A DNA stretch of 62,586 bases, filler included. It is 5 parts of 5 records of this genome, joined end to end, with 100 filler letters (N's around TTAATTAATTAA, not from the genome) between each part and the next. Parts side by side here need not be neighbours in the genome. Positions count along the whole stretch, not along the records: positions 12,901 to 28,301 come from DRR723986_8076; positions 28,402 to 45,803 come from DRR723986_8082; 3 more parts are not named here. One strand, 5' to 3'. This document shows, one piece after another, positions 20,113-29,211 of the stretch. Position 1 is the first letter of the stretch, and every line of letters begins with the position of its first letter. The position numbers and the translations under genes were made by a program. The notes under the pieces were generated by a model that worked only from the letters and a program-made list of their open reading frames with translations, was not told the origin of the DNA and did no database searches.

Positions 20113-21171
20113 TTATTCCGCGACTCGGAACCCTTCGATAAGCTGACGCAATCCCAGTGCAGCGCCTGCAAAGATTGCCAGAACGGTCACCGGTGCACTG
20201 ATCGCGAGCAGGCTAAAGGCGGTCATGCCTTGCCCAACTGTACAGCCCATGGCGATCACGGCTCCGGAGCCCATGATGGCAGCCCCAACAATCTGGCGGC
20301 GCAACTCGCGCGGATCGTCGCAGGCTTCCCATCGGAAATGCCCACGGATCATTGATCCGATGAAGGCACCCAACCAGACCCCGGCAACCGACCCAACCGC
20401 AAAAGAGATGGGGCGCAGGCTGCCAGTCATGGCAAACAGGATGGTTTCTCCTACGGGGGCGGAAAAGCTGTGCGAGACAATGGGTAGCGCCTCAAACCCG
20501 ATTTCGGAAACCCATTGCGAGCCCGCCCAACCCGATGTGATGGCAACGCCAACCATGACAGACCAGAAAATCGCCTTGGGCTCTTGGCGCAGGGATTTGG
20601 ACATCAGTGCAGCGACGCAAATGACCAGACCGATGACGATACCGATCGGCGCCAATCCAAAACCGCTCCAATCTGCAATGTAATGGGCTAGCCCCGGTGG
20701 TGTGTCATTGGTCAGTTCATGTTGGAAAAACAAGGCGTTGCGAATAGGGGCGAGGGGGCCGTACAGCGTCACATAGGTCGAAATGCCCATCACCAGAACA
20801 ATAACAAAAGACCTCAGATCTCCACCGCCAAGACGGGCAATCGCCCCATAGCCGCAATTCCCGGACAGGGCCATGCCATATCCAAACATCAATCCACCCA
20901 CGATGGACGCCATCGGCATCCAGCGGATCGACAGGTAATAACTTTCTTCGGCATGCAAGAGGTCCGAGCCGATCAGGGCAAAGCTGCCGATAACGGCAGT
21001 GCCAACGGCCAATCCCCACATACGCAACCGCGTGTCAGAACCGCCGTACAAAAGGTCTTCGATGGCACCTAACGTGCAAAACCGGCCCAAGCGCGCGGCC
21101 AGACCCAGCAGAATGCCACCGAACATGCCAATTAGGGCAACAAGCTGACTGTCTGTCATCCAAGCGAACAT
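20113..21171 (-). CDS. soxT: YeeE/YedE-family sulfur-compound transporter (SoxT-like)
   Basis: Multi-TM; three conserved Cys motifs RFCTLG, GNCGYG, GCTVGQG; immediately downstream of soxR. Confidence 0.85.
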   Translation of the reverse strand: MFAWMTDSQLVALIGMFGGILLGLAARLGRFCTLGAIEDLLYGGSDTRLRMWGLAVGTAVIGSFALIGSDLLHAEESYYLSIRWMPMASIVGGLMFGYGMALSGNCGYGAIARLGGGDLRSFVIVLVMGISTYVTLYGPLAPIRNALFFQHELTNDTPPGLAHYIADWSGFGLAPIGIVIGLVICVAALMSKSLRQEPKAIFWSVMVGVAITSGWAGSQWVSEIGFEALPIVSHSFSAPVGETILFAMTGSLRPISFAVGSVAGVWLGAFIGSMIRGHFRWEACDDPRELRRQIVGAAIMGSGAVIAMGCTVGQGMTAFSLLAISAPVTVLAIFAGAALGLRQLIEGFRVAE

Positions 21172-21232
21172 GGTTTCCAATCTCCCATGTATGGCTGCGT
21201 CTTAAACGTCCGATATTCACATGTGGCGCGGA

Positions 21233-21568
21233 TCAAGCTTTTTCGCAGAATAGTTCGTAAACAACTTCAAGAATCCGCCGGGGGCGTTCGTCCGCCAAAC
21301 GGTAATAGATCGCTTTGCCTTCGCGTCGGGGGATAACCAGCCCCTCAAGACGCAGGCGGGACAATTGTTGGGACACGGCGGCCTGACGCGCGGCTAGCAG
21401 CTCTTCCAGCTCGGTGACCGACTTTTCGCCGGAAACCAAATGGCACAGGATCATCAACCGCCCCTCGTGGCTGATCGCTTTGAGGAAGTTGGATGCGGTG
21501 GTCGCATTGTCGACCATTTGATCGAGTTCTTCTTCTGCCATGTCGGCATTAAACTGAGGCAGGGCCAT
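21233..21568 (-). CDS. soxR: ArsR/SmtB-family sulfur-responsive repressor SoxR
   Basis: FLKAISHEGRLMILCHL..SQQLSRLR..IYYRL; two Cys (ILCHL, ELFC) positioned as in SqrR/BigR; sox context. Confidence 0.9.
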   Translation of the reverse strand: MALPQFNADMAEEELDQMVDNATTASNFLKAISHEGRLMILCHLVSGEKSVTELEELLAARQAAVSQQLSRLRLEGLVIPRREGKAIYYRLADERPRRILEVVYELFCEKA

Positions 21569-21701
21569 TTTGTTTTCCTCTCTCCACGGTTGGTGGAGGA
21601 TCTCCCGTGTCATCTTCTGTTTCAAACGTCGTGATAGCTACACTATGTATTGGGTCTTTTCCATGTATGCGTACACGTTCGCGTTATCTTGGGTCGCAGC
21701 G

Positions 21702-22079
21702 TCATCCGTTGATCTGCGGGGCAGGGACATAGTCGGTGTGTTTTACCAGCAGTTGTTCCAGCACAGGCCAAAAGAAATCTTCGCCGGGGTACCCTTCGAG
21801 CCGGCCAATTTCTTGTCCGTCTTCAACCAGCAAGAACGTGGGCGTAAACGTAACGCGTCGTGCAACCTTCAGGTCTGCGGGCATATTGCGCAAATCAACC
21901 CGGCTGAGCGGCGCAAACTGACCTTCGCTGGTTTTGGGGTAGATCGGGCCGATTTCCTTGTTCCACTTTTCACACCAACTGCACCCGGTCTGTTCGACCA
22001 TGACAAGGTCAGCAGCCGCGACAGGCAGCGCCAAGCAGATTGACAGCGCCGACGCAAAAAGATTGTTGAGTGTGAACAT
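21702..22079 (-). CDS. soxS: Periplasmic thioredoxin-like SoxS
   Basis: Signal peptide, CSWC, FTPTF, RLEGYPG..FFW; divergent from soxV. Confidence 0.85.
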   Translation of the reverse strand: MFTLNNLFASALSICLALPVAAADLVMVEQTGCSWCEKWNKEIGPIYPKTSEGQFAPLSRVDLRNMPADLKVARRVTFTPTFLLVEDGQEIGRLEGYPGEDFFWPVLEQLLVKHTDYVPAPQING

Positions 22080-22175
22080 AGGGAACCCGTTGACCTGAAT
22101 TTGTCACACAACGTAATCTGAATGTGTGAATGATTCAAGTTGCGCCCCTGTGTATCAGGGTAAAGAGGTCGTGAT

Positions 22176-22913
22176 ATGCTCGAAGTTTCCATCTATGGCG
22201 CAGCGTTTGCAGGGCTTCTTAGCTTTTTTACGCCCTGTATCCTGCCAATGGTGCCATTTTATCTGTCCTATATGGGCGGCCTCAGCATGTCTGAATTGCG
22301 TGGGGACGGTGAAATTGCGCCGGGTGCGCAGCGTCGACTGTTGATTTCGGCCGTGATGTTTGCCGCCGGGGTGACCACGATTTTCATGTTGCTTGGCATG
22401 GGGGCAACTGCATTAGGGCAGGTGTTGGGTCAATATTTGGATACCTTGTCATATGTGGCGGCGGTCATCCTGTTGGTTTTTGGTCTGCACTTTCTGGGCG
22501 TTATCAAGGTGCCGCTGCTCTATCGTGAGGCCCGAATGGAAAGTAGCGCCGAAGCCACGACCTTACTGGGTGCATATCTGATGGGGCTGGCTTTTGGGTT
22601 TGGCTGGACCCCATGTGTCGGGCCAGCTTTGGCGTCGATCCTGATGATCGCCAGTGGCATGGGCGATATCTGGCGCGGCGCGGTTTTGTTGTTTTTCTAC
22701 GGGGCAGGGATGACGGCCCCCTTTATCGTGGCGGCTTTGTTCGCCAAGCCGTTTTTGGCTTGGGTTCAACGTCATCGCGCCGCCTTTGCTTGGGTGGAAA
22801 AAGGCATGGGTGTAATGTTGATCGTATTTGCTATTCTTATTGCAACCGGGGGCGTGACGCTGATTGCGGATTTGATGATCCGATGGGTGCCGGGCTTTGT
22901 GAATGTTGGCTAA
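22176..22913 (+). CDS. soxV: CcdA-like membrane thiol-disulfide transporter SoxV
   Basis: SFFTPCILPMVP and GWTPCVGP motifs; multi-TM. Confidence 0.9.
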   Translation: MLEVSIYGAAFAGLLSFFTPCILPMVPFYLSYMGGLSMSELRGDGEIAPGAQRRLLISAVMFAAGVTTIFMLLGMGATALGQVLGQYLDTLSYVAAVILLVFGLHFLGVIKVPLLYREARMESSAEATTLLGAYLMGLAFGFGWTPCVGPALASILMIASGMGDIWRGAVLLFFYGAGMTAPFIVAALFAKPFLAWVQRHRAAFAWVEKGMGVMLIVFAILIATGGVTLIADLMIRWVPGFVNVG

Positions 22914-22929
22914 CACAGGAGACTAAGTG

Positions 22930-23508
22930 ATGAATCGACTATTTGCGGGTGTGATTGCTCTGAGTCTTGCGGCGCCTTTGGCTGCGTCCGAAATCGGCGA
23001 TGATGGTTTGCACAAAGCAGACTGGATGCGCGATACCTTTAAGGATCTGCAAGAAGATTTCGAGGAAGCACATTCAGAAGGCAAGCGCCTGCTCTTGATC
23101 GTCGAACAACGTGGATGCTTGTACTGTCAGGATATGCACGAAAACACGTTTTCGGATCCGCGCGTCAAATCCATGCTGGAAGAGGCGTATTTCCCTGTTC
23201 AGATCAATTTGCATGGCGATACCGAAGTGATCGATGCGGATGGTGAAAGCTTGACGGAAAAGCAGGCCACACGCCGCTGGGGTGTGTTGTTTACGCCGAC
23301 GATGGTGTTTTTGCCCACTGAGCTGGACCCGAATCTGCCGGTGTCCCAACAGGCCGTCGCGATGATGCCGGGGGCTTTTTCTGCCGGAACAACGCTTGAC
23401 CTGTTGAACTGGGTGGCAGAAGAGCGTTACCTAGATCAATCTGAAGAAGATTTTCAACGCTATCACGCACGTATGATTCGAGAGCGTGACGACGGCGACA
23501 CTCGGTAA
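22930..23508 (+). CDS. soxW: Periplasmic thioredoxin SoxW
   Basis: Signal peptide, EQRGCLYC, LFTPT; follows soxV. Confidence 0.88.
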   Translation: MNRLFAGVIALSLAAPLAASEIGDDGLHKADWMRDTFKDLQEDFEEAHSEGKRLLLIVEQRGCLYCQDMHENTFSDPRVKSMLEEAYFPVQINLHGDTEVIDADGESLTEKQATRRWGVLFTPTMVFLPTELDPNLPVSQQAVAMMPGAFSAGTTLDLLNWVAEERYLDQSEEDFQRYHARMIRERDDGDTR

Positions 23509-23582
23509 CTCTGGGAAAGATGCCCCAAGGGCACCTGAAAACATTCGGAAATATTTTCGATCTGCGACAAAAGATTATAACA

Positions 23583-23598
23583 ATTCATATTCGTGAAT
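23583..23598. promoter_or_regulatory. Palindromic operator upstream of soxX (SqrR/SoxR-type)
   Basis: ATTC-ATATTCGT-GAAT. Confidence 0.7.
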
Positions 23599-23684
23599 TT
23601 GTTGTTGCGTTCTGACCTGTCGGTAGCCTACGGTATGCAAAGCTAAGTTAGCCGCGCATCGCGTGGCAGCCAATGGGAGGAAAC

Positions 23685-24161
23685 ATGAAGCTTACATCTC
23701 TGACACTGGCCGCTGCGCTGTTCGGTGGCGCCGCACTCGCAGGCGAAGTTGGACCTAAAGAGGTCGCATTCACCGAAGATGGCGCAATCGAAGCCTCGCT
23801 CACCGGCGCTGCCGGAGACGCAGCCAACGGCGCGATCATTATGGGTACCAAATCCAAAGGCAACTGTGTTGCTTGCCATGAAATCACTGCGCTGGCTGAT
23901 GTGCCATTCCACGGTGAAGTTGGCCCGCTGATGGATGGCGCTGGTGATCGCTGGACCGAAGCAGAGCTGCGCGGTTTGGTTGCAAATGCCAAAATGACCT
24001 TTGAGGGCACAATGATGCCTGCGTTCTATAAAATGGATGGCTTCATCCGTCCGGGCGACGCCTACACAGGTAAAGCCCCGACCGAGGCACTGACCCCGAT
24101 CCTGACAGCTCAGGAAATCGAAGATGTGGTCGCTTTCCTTGTGACACTGAAAGACGAATAA
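23685..24161 (+). CDS. soxX: Sulfur oxidation c-type cytochrome SoxX
   Basis: Signal peptide, GNCVACH heme motif, GPL, TMMPAFY; GGAGG RBS. Confidence 0.96.
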   Translation: MKLTSLTLAAALFGGAALAGEVGPKEVAFTEDGAIEASLTGAAGDAANGAIIMGTKSKGNCVACHEITALADVPFHGEVGPLMDGAGDRWTEAELRGLVANAKMTFEGTMMPAFYKMDGFIRPGDAYTGKAPTEALTPILTAQEIEDVVAFLVTLKDE

Positions 24162-24207
24162 GTCGCGTCTCTGCCGCGAGCTTATGATTTGTAAAGGAGT
24201 AGAGAAT

Positions 24208-24624
24208 ATGGATTTCTCACGTCGTGACACCTTGGGCCTGGCCCTGGGCGCAGCGGCTCTGACAGTGCTGCCCTTTCGGGTGTCGGCTTCGTCAGACGCT
24301 GCTATCGAAGAATTCACTGGCGGTGCCGCTGTGGGCGAGGGTGGTATCACCCTGACCGCGCCGGAAATCGCTGAAAACGGCAACACTGTTCCGATCGAAG
24401 TATCGGCCCCCGGTGCTGTGTCGATCATGGTTCTGGCTGCAGGCAACCCGACACCGGGTGTTGCAACCTTTAACTTTGGTCCTCTGGCCGCGTCTCAGGC
24501 TGCCGCAACCCGGATTCGTCTGGCGGGCACGCAGGACGTTATCGCGCTTGCCAAGATGGCTGACGGTTCGTTCGTCAAAGCCAGCTCGACTGTGAAAGTG
24601 ACCATCGGTGGGTGTGGCGGCTAA
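24208..24624 (+). CDS. soxY: Thiosulfate carrier SoxY
   Basis: Tat motif SRRDTL, APEIAENG, C-terminal swinging arm VTIGGCGG. Confidence 0.98.
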   Translation: MDFSRRDTLGLALGAAALTVLPFRVSASSDAAIEEFTGGAAVGEGGITLTAPEIAENGNTVPIEVSAPGAVSIMVLAAGNPTPGVATFNFGPLAASQAAATRIRLAGTQDVIALAKMADGSFVKASSTVKVTIGGCGG

Positions 24625-24658
24625 ACGCTGCCCCTGTTGATATTTAGGAGAATTTAAA

Positions 24659-24988
24659 ATGGCATCTGGTGTAAAACCCCGCGTCAAGGTCCCGAAAAAA
24701 GCCGCCGCTGGCGAGGCGATCACGATCAAGACCCTGATCAGCCACAAAATGGAGAGCGGCCAGCGTAAGGACAAAGAGGGCAACCTCATCCCGCGCTCGA
24801 TCATCAATCGCTTTACCTGTGAGTTCAACGGCCAGTCGGTTGTCGACGTCAAAATGGAATCGGCGATCTCGACCAACCCATACTTCCAGTTCGAGGCCAC
24901 CGTGCCCGAAGCCGGTGACTTTGTGTTCACTTGGTATGACGATGACGGTTCGGTCTACGACACCAAAAAATCAGTCAAAATCGGCTGA
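24659..24988 (+). CDS. soxZ: Thiosulfate carrier partner SoxZ
   Basis: LISHKMESGQRKD, ISTNPYFQF, WYDDDG. Confidence 0.97.
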   Translation: MASGVKPRVKVPKKAAAGEAITIKTLISHKMESGQRKDKEGNLIPRSIINRFTCEFNGQSVVDVKMESAISTNPYFQFEATVPEAGDFVFTWYDDDGSVYDTKKSVKIG

Positions 24989-25015
24989 ATCGAACATACA
25001 GGGAGGACACGCATA

Positions 25016-25879
25016 ATGACAAAGCCAATGGGGACCAAAACCCTCACAGCCATCGCCGTGGCAGCCTGCGCGTTTGCCGCGCCTGCTATGGCCGACGAAA
25101 GCGCAAGCCTGGTGGTGAACGGGGAGATCGAAATGGTCACCCGGACCGCCGCGCCTGCGCATATTTCCGATGTTCTGGACGAGGTCAATTCGGGTTGGTT
25201 GTATCGGTCTGATGAGACTCAGTCGTTGCAAATCGACGATTTCGACAATCCGGGAATGATCTTTGTTGATCAGGCTCTGGAGACGTGGGATCAGGTTGAC
25301 GGTTCCGAAGGCAAGTCGTGCGCGTCCTGTCACGATGATGTCGAGGAAAGCATGGCCGGCGTTCGCGCCGTCTATCCCAAATGGAACGAGACAGCTGGCG
25401 AAGTGCGCACCCTCGCGCATCAGATCAACGACTGTCGTGAAAACCAGATGGGCGCCAAAAAGTGGAAATACACCGGTGGCAAAATGACTGCGATGGAGGC
25501 CCTGATTTCGGTCCAGTCGCGCGGGATGCCGGTCAATGTTGCCATTGATGGTCCAGCCCAGGCGACGTGGGAAAAAGGCAAGGAAATGTACTATACGCGT
25601 ACCGGCCAGCTCGAGCTGTCCTGCGCGAACTGCCATGAAGACAACTATGGCAACATGATCCGTGCTGACCACCTGAGCCAAGGCCAGATTAACGGCTTTC
25701 CGGTGTATCGTCTGAAAAATACCAAGCTTAACAACGCACATGCTCGCTTTAAGGGCTGTGTACGTGACACCCGCGCCGAGACGTACAAGCCCGGCGGTTC
25801 GGATTTTGTCGCACTTGAGCTTTATGTTGCATCCCGCGGCAACGGCCTGTCGGTCGAAGCCCCCTCGGTGCGTAACTAA
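25016..25879 (+). CDS. soxA: Diheme SoxA (type I)
   Basis: CASCH and CANCH heme motifs, active-site RFKGCVRDTR, C-terminal PSVRN. Confidence 0.97.
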   Translation: MTKPMGTKTLTAIAVAACAFAAPAMADESASLVVNGEIEMVTRTAAPAHISDVLDEVNSGWLYRSDETQSLQIDDFDNPGMIFVDQALETWDQVDGSEGKSCASCHDDVEESMAGVRAVYPKWNETAGEVRTLAHQINDCRENQMGAKKWKYTGGKMTAMEALISVQSRGMPVNVAIDGPAQATWEKGKEMYYTRTGQLELSCANCHEDNYGNMIRADHLSQGQINGFPVYRLKNTKLNNAHARFKGCVRDTRAETYKPGGSDFVALELYVASRGNGLSVEAPSVRN

Positions 25880-25888
25880 TATCCCCCT

Positions 25889-25926
25889 TGCCCCGCGCCA
25901 GTTTTCTGGTGCGGGGTCATTTTTAT
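25889..25926 (+). terminator. Hairpin with T-tract between soxA and soxB
   Basis: CCCCGCGCCAG-TTTT-CTGGTGCGGGG followed by TCATTTTTATT. Confidence 0.65.
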
Positions 25927-25934
25927 TAAAATGA

Positions 25935-25950
25935 ATTCACAAATGTGAAT
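25935..25950. promoter_or_regulatory. Palindromic operator upstream of soxB
   Basis: ATTC-ACAAATGT-GAAT. Confidence 0.7.
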
Positions 25951-25976
25951 GCGTAAAGTATGGAAAGCAGCTCCTC

Positions 25977-27680
25977 ATGATCTCTCGTCGTGATTTTCTT
26001 CAGGTCTCTATGGCGGCATCTGCCATGGTTGGGGCCTCTGGTTTCGGCAATTGGGCCCGTCTGGCGGCACAGCAGTCGCTGACGCAGGACCAGCTGCTAG
26101 AGTTTGATACCTTTGGTAACATCTCTCTGATCCATATCACTGACATTCACGCGCAGCTGAAACCGATCTTTTTCCGCGAACCCGAGGTGAATTTGGGCAT
26201 CGGTGCCGCCAATGGCCAAATGCCCCACGTGACCGGTGCGGATTTCCGCAAGGCCTATGGCATCGCAGACGGATCGCCGTCTGCCTACGCGCTGACCTAC
26301 AATGATTTCGCATCGCTGGCCAAAACTTATGGCCGCGTGGGCGGGTTGGATCGCGTGTCCACTGTGATCAACGCCATTCGCGCGGATCGCCCTGATGCTT
26401 TGTTACTGGATGGCGGCGATACATGGCACGGGTCTTACACCTGTCACCACACCGAAGGGCAGGACATGGTCAACGTGATGAACGCGTTGAAACCGGATGC
26501 AATGACATTCCATTGGGAATTCACCCTGGGCTCAGACCGGGTGAATGAGATTGTCGAGGGTCTACCGTTTGCCGCCCTTGGTCAGAACATCTTTGATTCT
26601 GAGTGGGATGAACCAGCCGAGCTGTTTAAGCCCTACAAGTTCTTTGATCGGGGTGGTTCCAAAGTTGCTGTGATCGGTCAGGCGTTCCCTTATATGCCTA
26701 TCGCCAACCCACGCTGGATGTTCCCCGAATACTCGTTTGGTATTCGTGACGAGAACATGCAGGAGATGGTGAATGAGGTCCGCGAGGCCGGGGCCGACGT
26801 GGTTGTTGTCCTGTCTCACAACGGCTTTGACGTAGATAAAAAAATGGCGGGTCGGGTTCAGGGCATCGACGTGATCCTGTCGGGCCATACCCATGATGCG
26901 CTGCCCGAGCCGGTTCTGGTTGAAAAAACCCACATCATTGCCTCCGGTTCCAACGGCAAATTCGTTAGCCGGGTTGATCTGGACGTGCGGGATGGTCAGT
27001 TGATGGGCCTCAAGCACAAGCTGATCCCGATTTTCTCAGACGTGATTGCGCCTGACGCGACGATCACCAAACTGATCGATGAACAGCGTGCGCCTTATGC
27101 GGATCAACTGTCCGAGGTTATCGGCCGGACCGATGATGCATCGACGCTCTATCGTCGTGGCAACTTTAACGGCACATGGGATGATTTGATCTGTGATGCG
27201 TTGCTGAGCGAACGCGAGGCTGACATTGCCATGTCGCCCGGCGTGCGTTGGGGACCTTCGATCCTGCCGGGGCAAGAGATCACTCGCGAGGACATCTGGA
27301 ACGTCACCTCGATGAGCTATGGCGAGGCCTATCGCAGCGAGATGACCGGCGAGTTTATCAAGGTCATTCTCGAAGATGTCGGCGACAACCTGTTTAACCC
27401 TGATCCTTACTATCAGCAGGGTGGGGACATGGTGCGCGTTGGCGGTCTTGGCTATCGTATCGACGTCACCAAGCCGCAGGGCGAACGCATCAGCGATCTG
27501 ACCTTGCTGAAAACGGGCGAAGCACTGCAAGCTGATAAAAACTATGTCGTTGCTGGCTGGGCCAGCGTCAACGAGGGCACCGAAGGGCCGCAGATCTGGG
27601 ATGTGGTTGAAAGCCATATCAAGAAGCTGGGCACAGTGTCCGTCACCCCCAACACATCGGTCAAGGTTGTGGGCGCTTAA
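25977..27680 (+). CDS. soxB: Thiosulfohydrolase SoxB
   Basis: Tat signal SRRDFL, HITDIHAQ, DGGDTWHG, FHWEF, SHNG, GHTHD, YYQQGGDMVR. Confidence 0.98.
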   Translation: MISRRDFLQVSMAASAMVGASGFGNWARLAAQQSLTQDQLLEFDTFGNISLIHITDIHAQLKPIFFREPEVNLGIGAANGQMPHVTGADFRKAYGIADGSPSAYALTYNDFASLAKTYGRVGGLDRVSTVINAIRADRPDALLLDGGDTWHGSYTCHHTEGQDMVNVMNALKPDAMTFHWEFTLGSDRVNEIVEGLPFAALGQNIFDSEWDEPAELFKPYKFFDRGGSKVAVIGQAFPYMPIANPRWMFPEYSFGIRDENMQEMVNEVREAGADVVVVLSHNGFDVDKKMAGRVQGIDVILSGHTHDALPEPVLVEKTHIIASGSNGKFVSRVDLDVRDGQLMGLKHKLIPIFSDVIAPDATITKLIDEQRAPYADQLSEVIGRTDDASTLYRRGNFNGTWDDLICDALLSEREADIAMSPGVRWGPSILPGQEITREDIWNVTSMSYGEAYRSEMTGEFIKVILEDVGDNLFNPDPYYQQGGDMVRVGGLGYRIDVTKPQGERISDLTLLKTGEALQADKNYVVAGWASVNEGTEGPQIWDVVESHIKKLGTVSVTPNTSVKVVGA

Positions 27681-27721
27681 CAGCGCCCCGGCCTCGGGTC
27701 GAAATTTTTTTCAAGCAACGA

Positions 27722-27737
27722 ATTCACTTATGTGAAT
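27722..27737. promoter_or_regulatory. Palindromic operator upstream of soxC
   Basis: ATTC-ACTTATGT-GAAT. Confidence 0.7.
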
Positions 27738-27764
27738 TTTTTGATGCAAAGGAGGCAATTTCAA

Positions 27765-28301
27765 ATGAGTGAAAGCTCCAATAAAACGTCCCCCTCGCGC
27801 CGTCAGTTCCTGACCGGGGCTGCTGCTGCCGGGGTTGGCGCTGTTGCTGCGGGTGCAGCGCAGGCCAATGGGGATCCGCTGATCACGCAGGTGCAAGAGT
27901 GGGCATCCGCCACAGGGGAAGGCGTTGACGCCACGCCGTATGGCTTGCCCATCGAATTTGAACAGGACGTGGTACGTCGCAATGTTGAATGGCTGACTGC
28001 GGATACCATCAGCTCGATCAACTTTACGCCCATTCACGCGTTGGATGGCACGATCACCCCGCAAGGCTGTGCATTTGAACGCCACCATTCGGGTGCGATT
28101 GAGTTGCGCAAAGAAGATTACCGCCTGATGATCAACGGGTTGGTGGATACGCCACTGGTGTTTTCCTACGAAGATCTGGAACGTTTCCCTCGTGAAAACC
28201 GGGTGTATTTCTGTGAATGTGCGGCGAACACCGGCATGGAATGGGCAGGGGCGCAGCTGAACGGTGCTCAGTTCACCCATGGCATGATCCACAACATGGA
28301 A
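27765..28301 (+). CDS. soxC: Sulfane dehydrogenase molybdoprotein SoxC, 3'-truncated
   Basis: Tat motif SRRQFL, GTITPQG..FERHH, FCECAAN; GGAGG RBS; runs into the gap. Confidence 0.95.
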
Positions 28302-28401
28302 NNNNNNNNNNNNNNNNNNNNNNNNNNNNNNNNNNNNNNNNNNNNTTAATTAATTAANNNNNNNNNNNNNNNNNNNNNNNNNNNNNNNNNNNNNNNNNNN
28401 N
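28302..28401. other. Artificial contig-joining spacer
   Basis: 44 N + TTAATTAATTAA + 44 N. Confidence 0.99.
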
Positions 28402-29211
28402 ATGGGCGTCATCAACATGGCGCATGGCGAGATGGTGATGATCGGGGCTTACGTCACATTCGTGGTTCAGGAATTCATTCGCTCCTCCGCACCTGGTCTT
28501 TTCGATTATTCCCTGTTCATCGCCCTGCCGCTTGCTTTCCTCACCTCAGGGCTGGTGGGCGTTGCTATCGAGCGTGGCGTGATCCGCTGGCTGTATGGGC
28601 GCCCCCTGGAGACGCTGCTTGCGACCTGGGGCATCTCGCTGGTGCTGCAGCAGGCAGTGCGCTCGATCTTCGGTCCGACCAACCGTGAGGTTGGCAACCC
28701 GGACTGGATGTCCGGCGCCTTCGAGATCGGCCAGATGACAATCACCTATAACCGCATGTGGATCATCGTCTTCGCGATGCTGGTCTTCGCCGGACTGATG
28801 CTTGTCCTCAAGAAGACCCCGTTCGGGCTCTATACCCGGGCCGTGACCCAGAACCGGCGCATGGCCGCCTCGATGGGCATCCGCACTCCCTGGATCGACG
28901 CCCTCACCTTCGGGCTCGGCTCTGGTATTGCCGGGATCGCGGGCGTCGCGCTCAGCCAGATCGACAACGTTTCGCCGAACCTGGGCCAGGGCTACATCAT
29001 CGACAGTTTCATGGTCGTGGTCTTCGGCGGGGTCGGCAATCTGTGGGGCACGCTGGTAGGCGCCATGACCCTCGGTGTCGTGAACAAGTTCCTGGAGCCC
29101 TATGCCGGCGCCGTGCTCGGCAAGATCTTCGTGCTCATCTTTATCATTCTCTTTATCCAGAAGCGTCCAAGGGGCCTGTTCGCCCTCAAGGGCCGGGCAG
29201 TTGAAGCATGA
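28402..29211 (+). CDS. urtB: Urea ABC transporter permease UrtB, 5'-truncated
   Basis: GVINMAHGE, LYGRPLETLLATWG, YIIDSFMVVV, RPRGLF..KGR. Confidence 0.93.
   Translation: MGVINMAHGEMVMIGAYVTFVVQEFIRSSAPGLFDYSLFIALPLAFLTSGLVGVAIERGVIRWLYGRPLETLLATWGISLVLQQAVRSIFGPTNREVGNPDWMSGAFEIGQMTITYNRMWIIVFAMLVFAGLMLVLKKTPFGLYTRAVTQNRRMAASMGIRTPWIDALTFGLGSGIAGIAGVALSQIDNVSPNLGQGYIIDSFMVVVFGGVGNLWGTLVGAMTLGVVNKFLEPYAGAVLGKIFVLIFIILFIQKRPRGLFALKGRAVEA

Noticed and set aside
21569..21701. Possible small ORF or N-terminal extension between soxS and soxR
   Set aside because: Manual translation gives only very short frames; the RBS supports the soxR start at 21568.
27765..29211. Apparent sox-urea transporter linkage, and likewise cco-flagellar and fleN-mtnA linkage
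   Set aside because: Neighbours only across artificial spacers; different contigs and probably different organisms.
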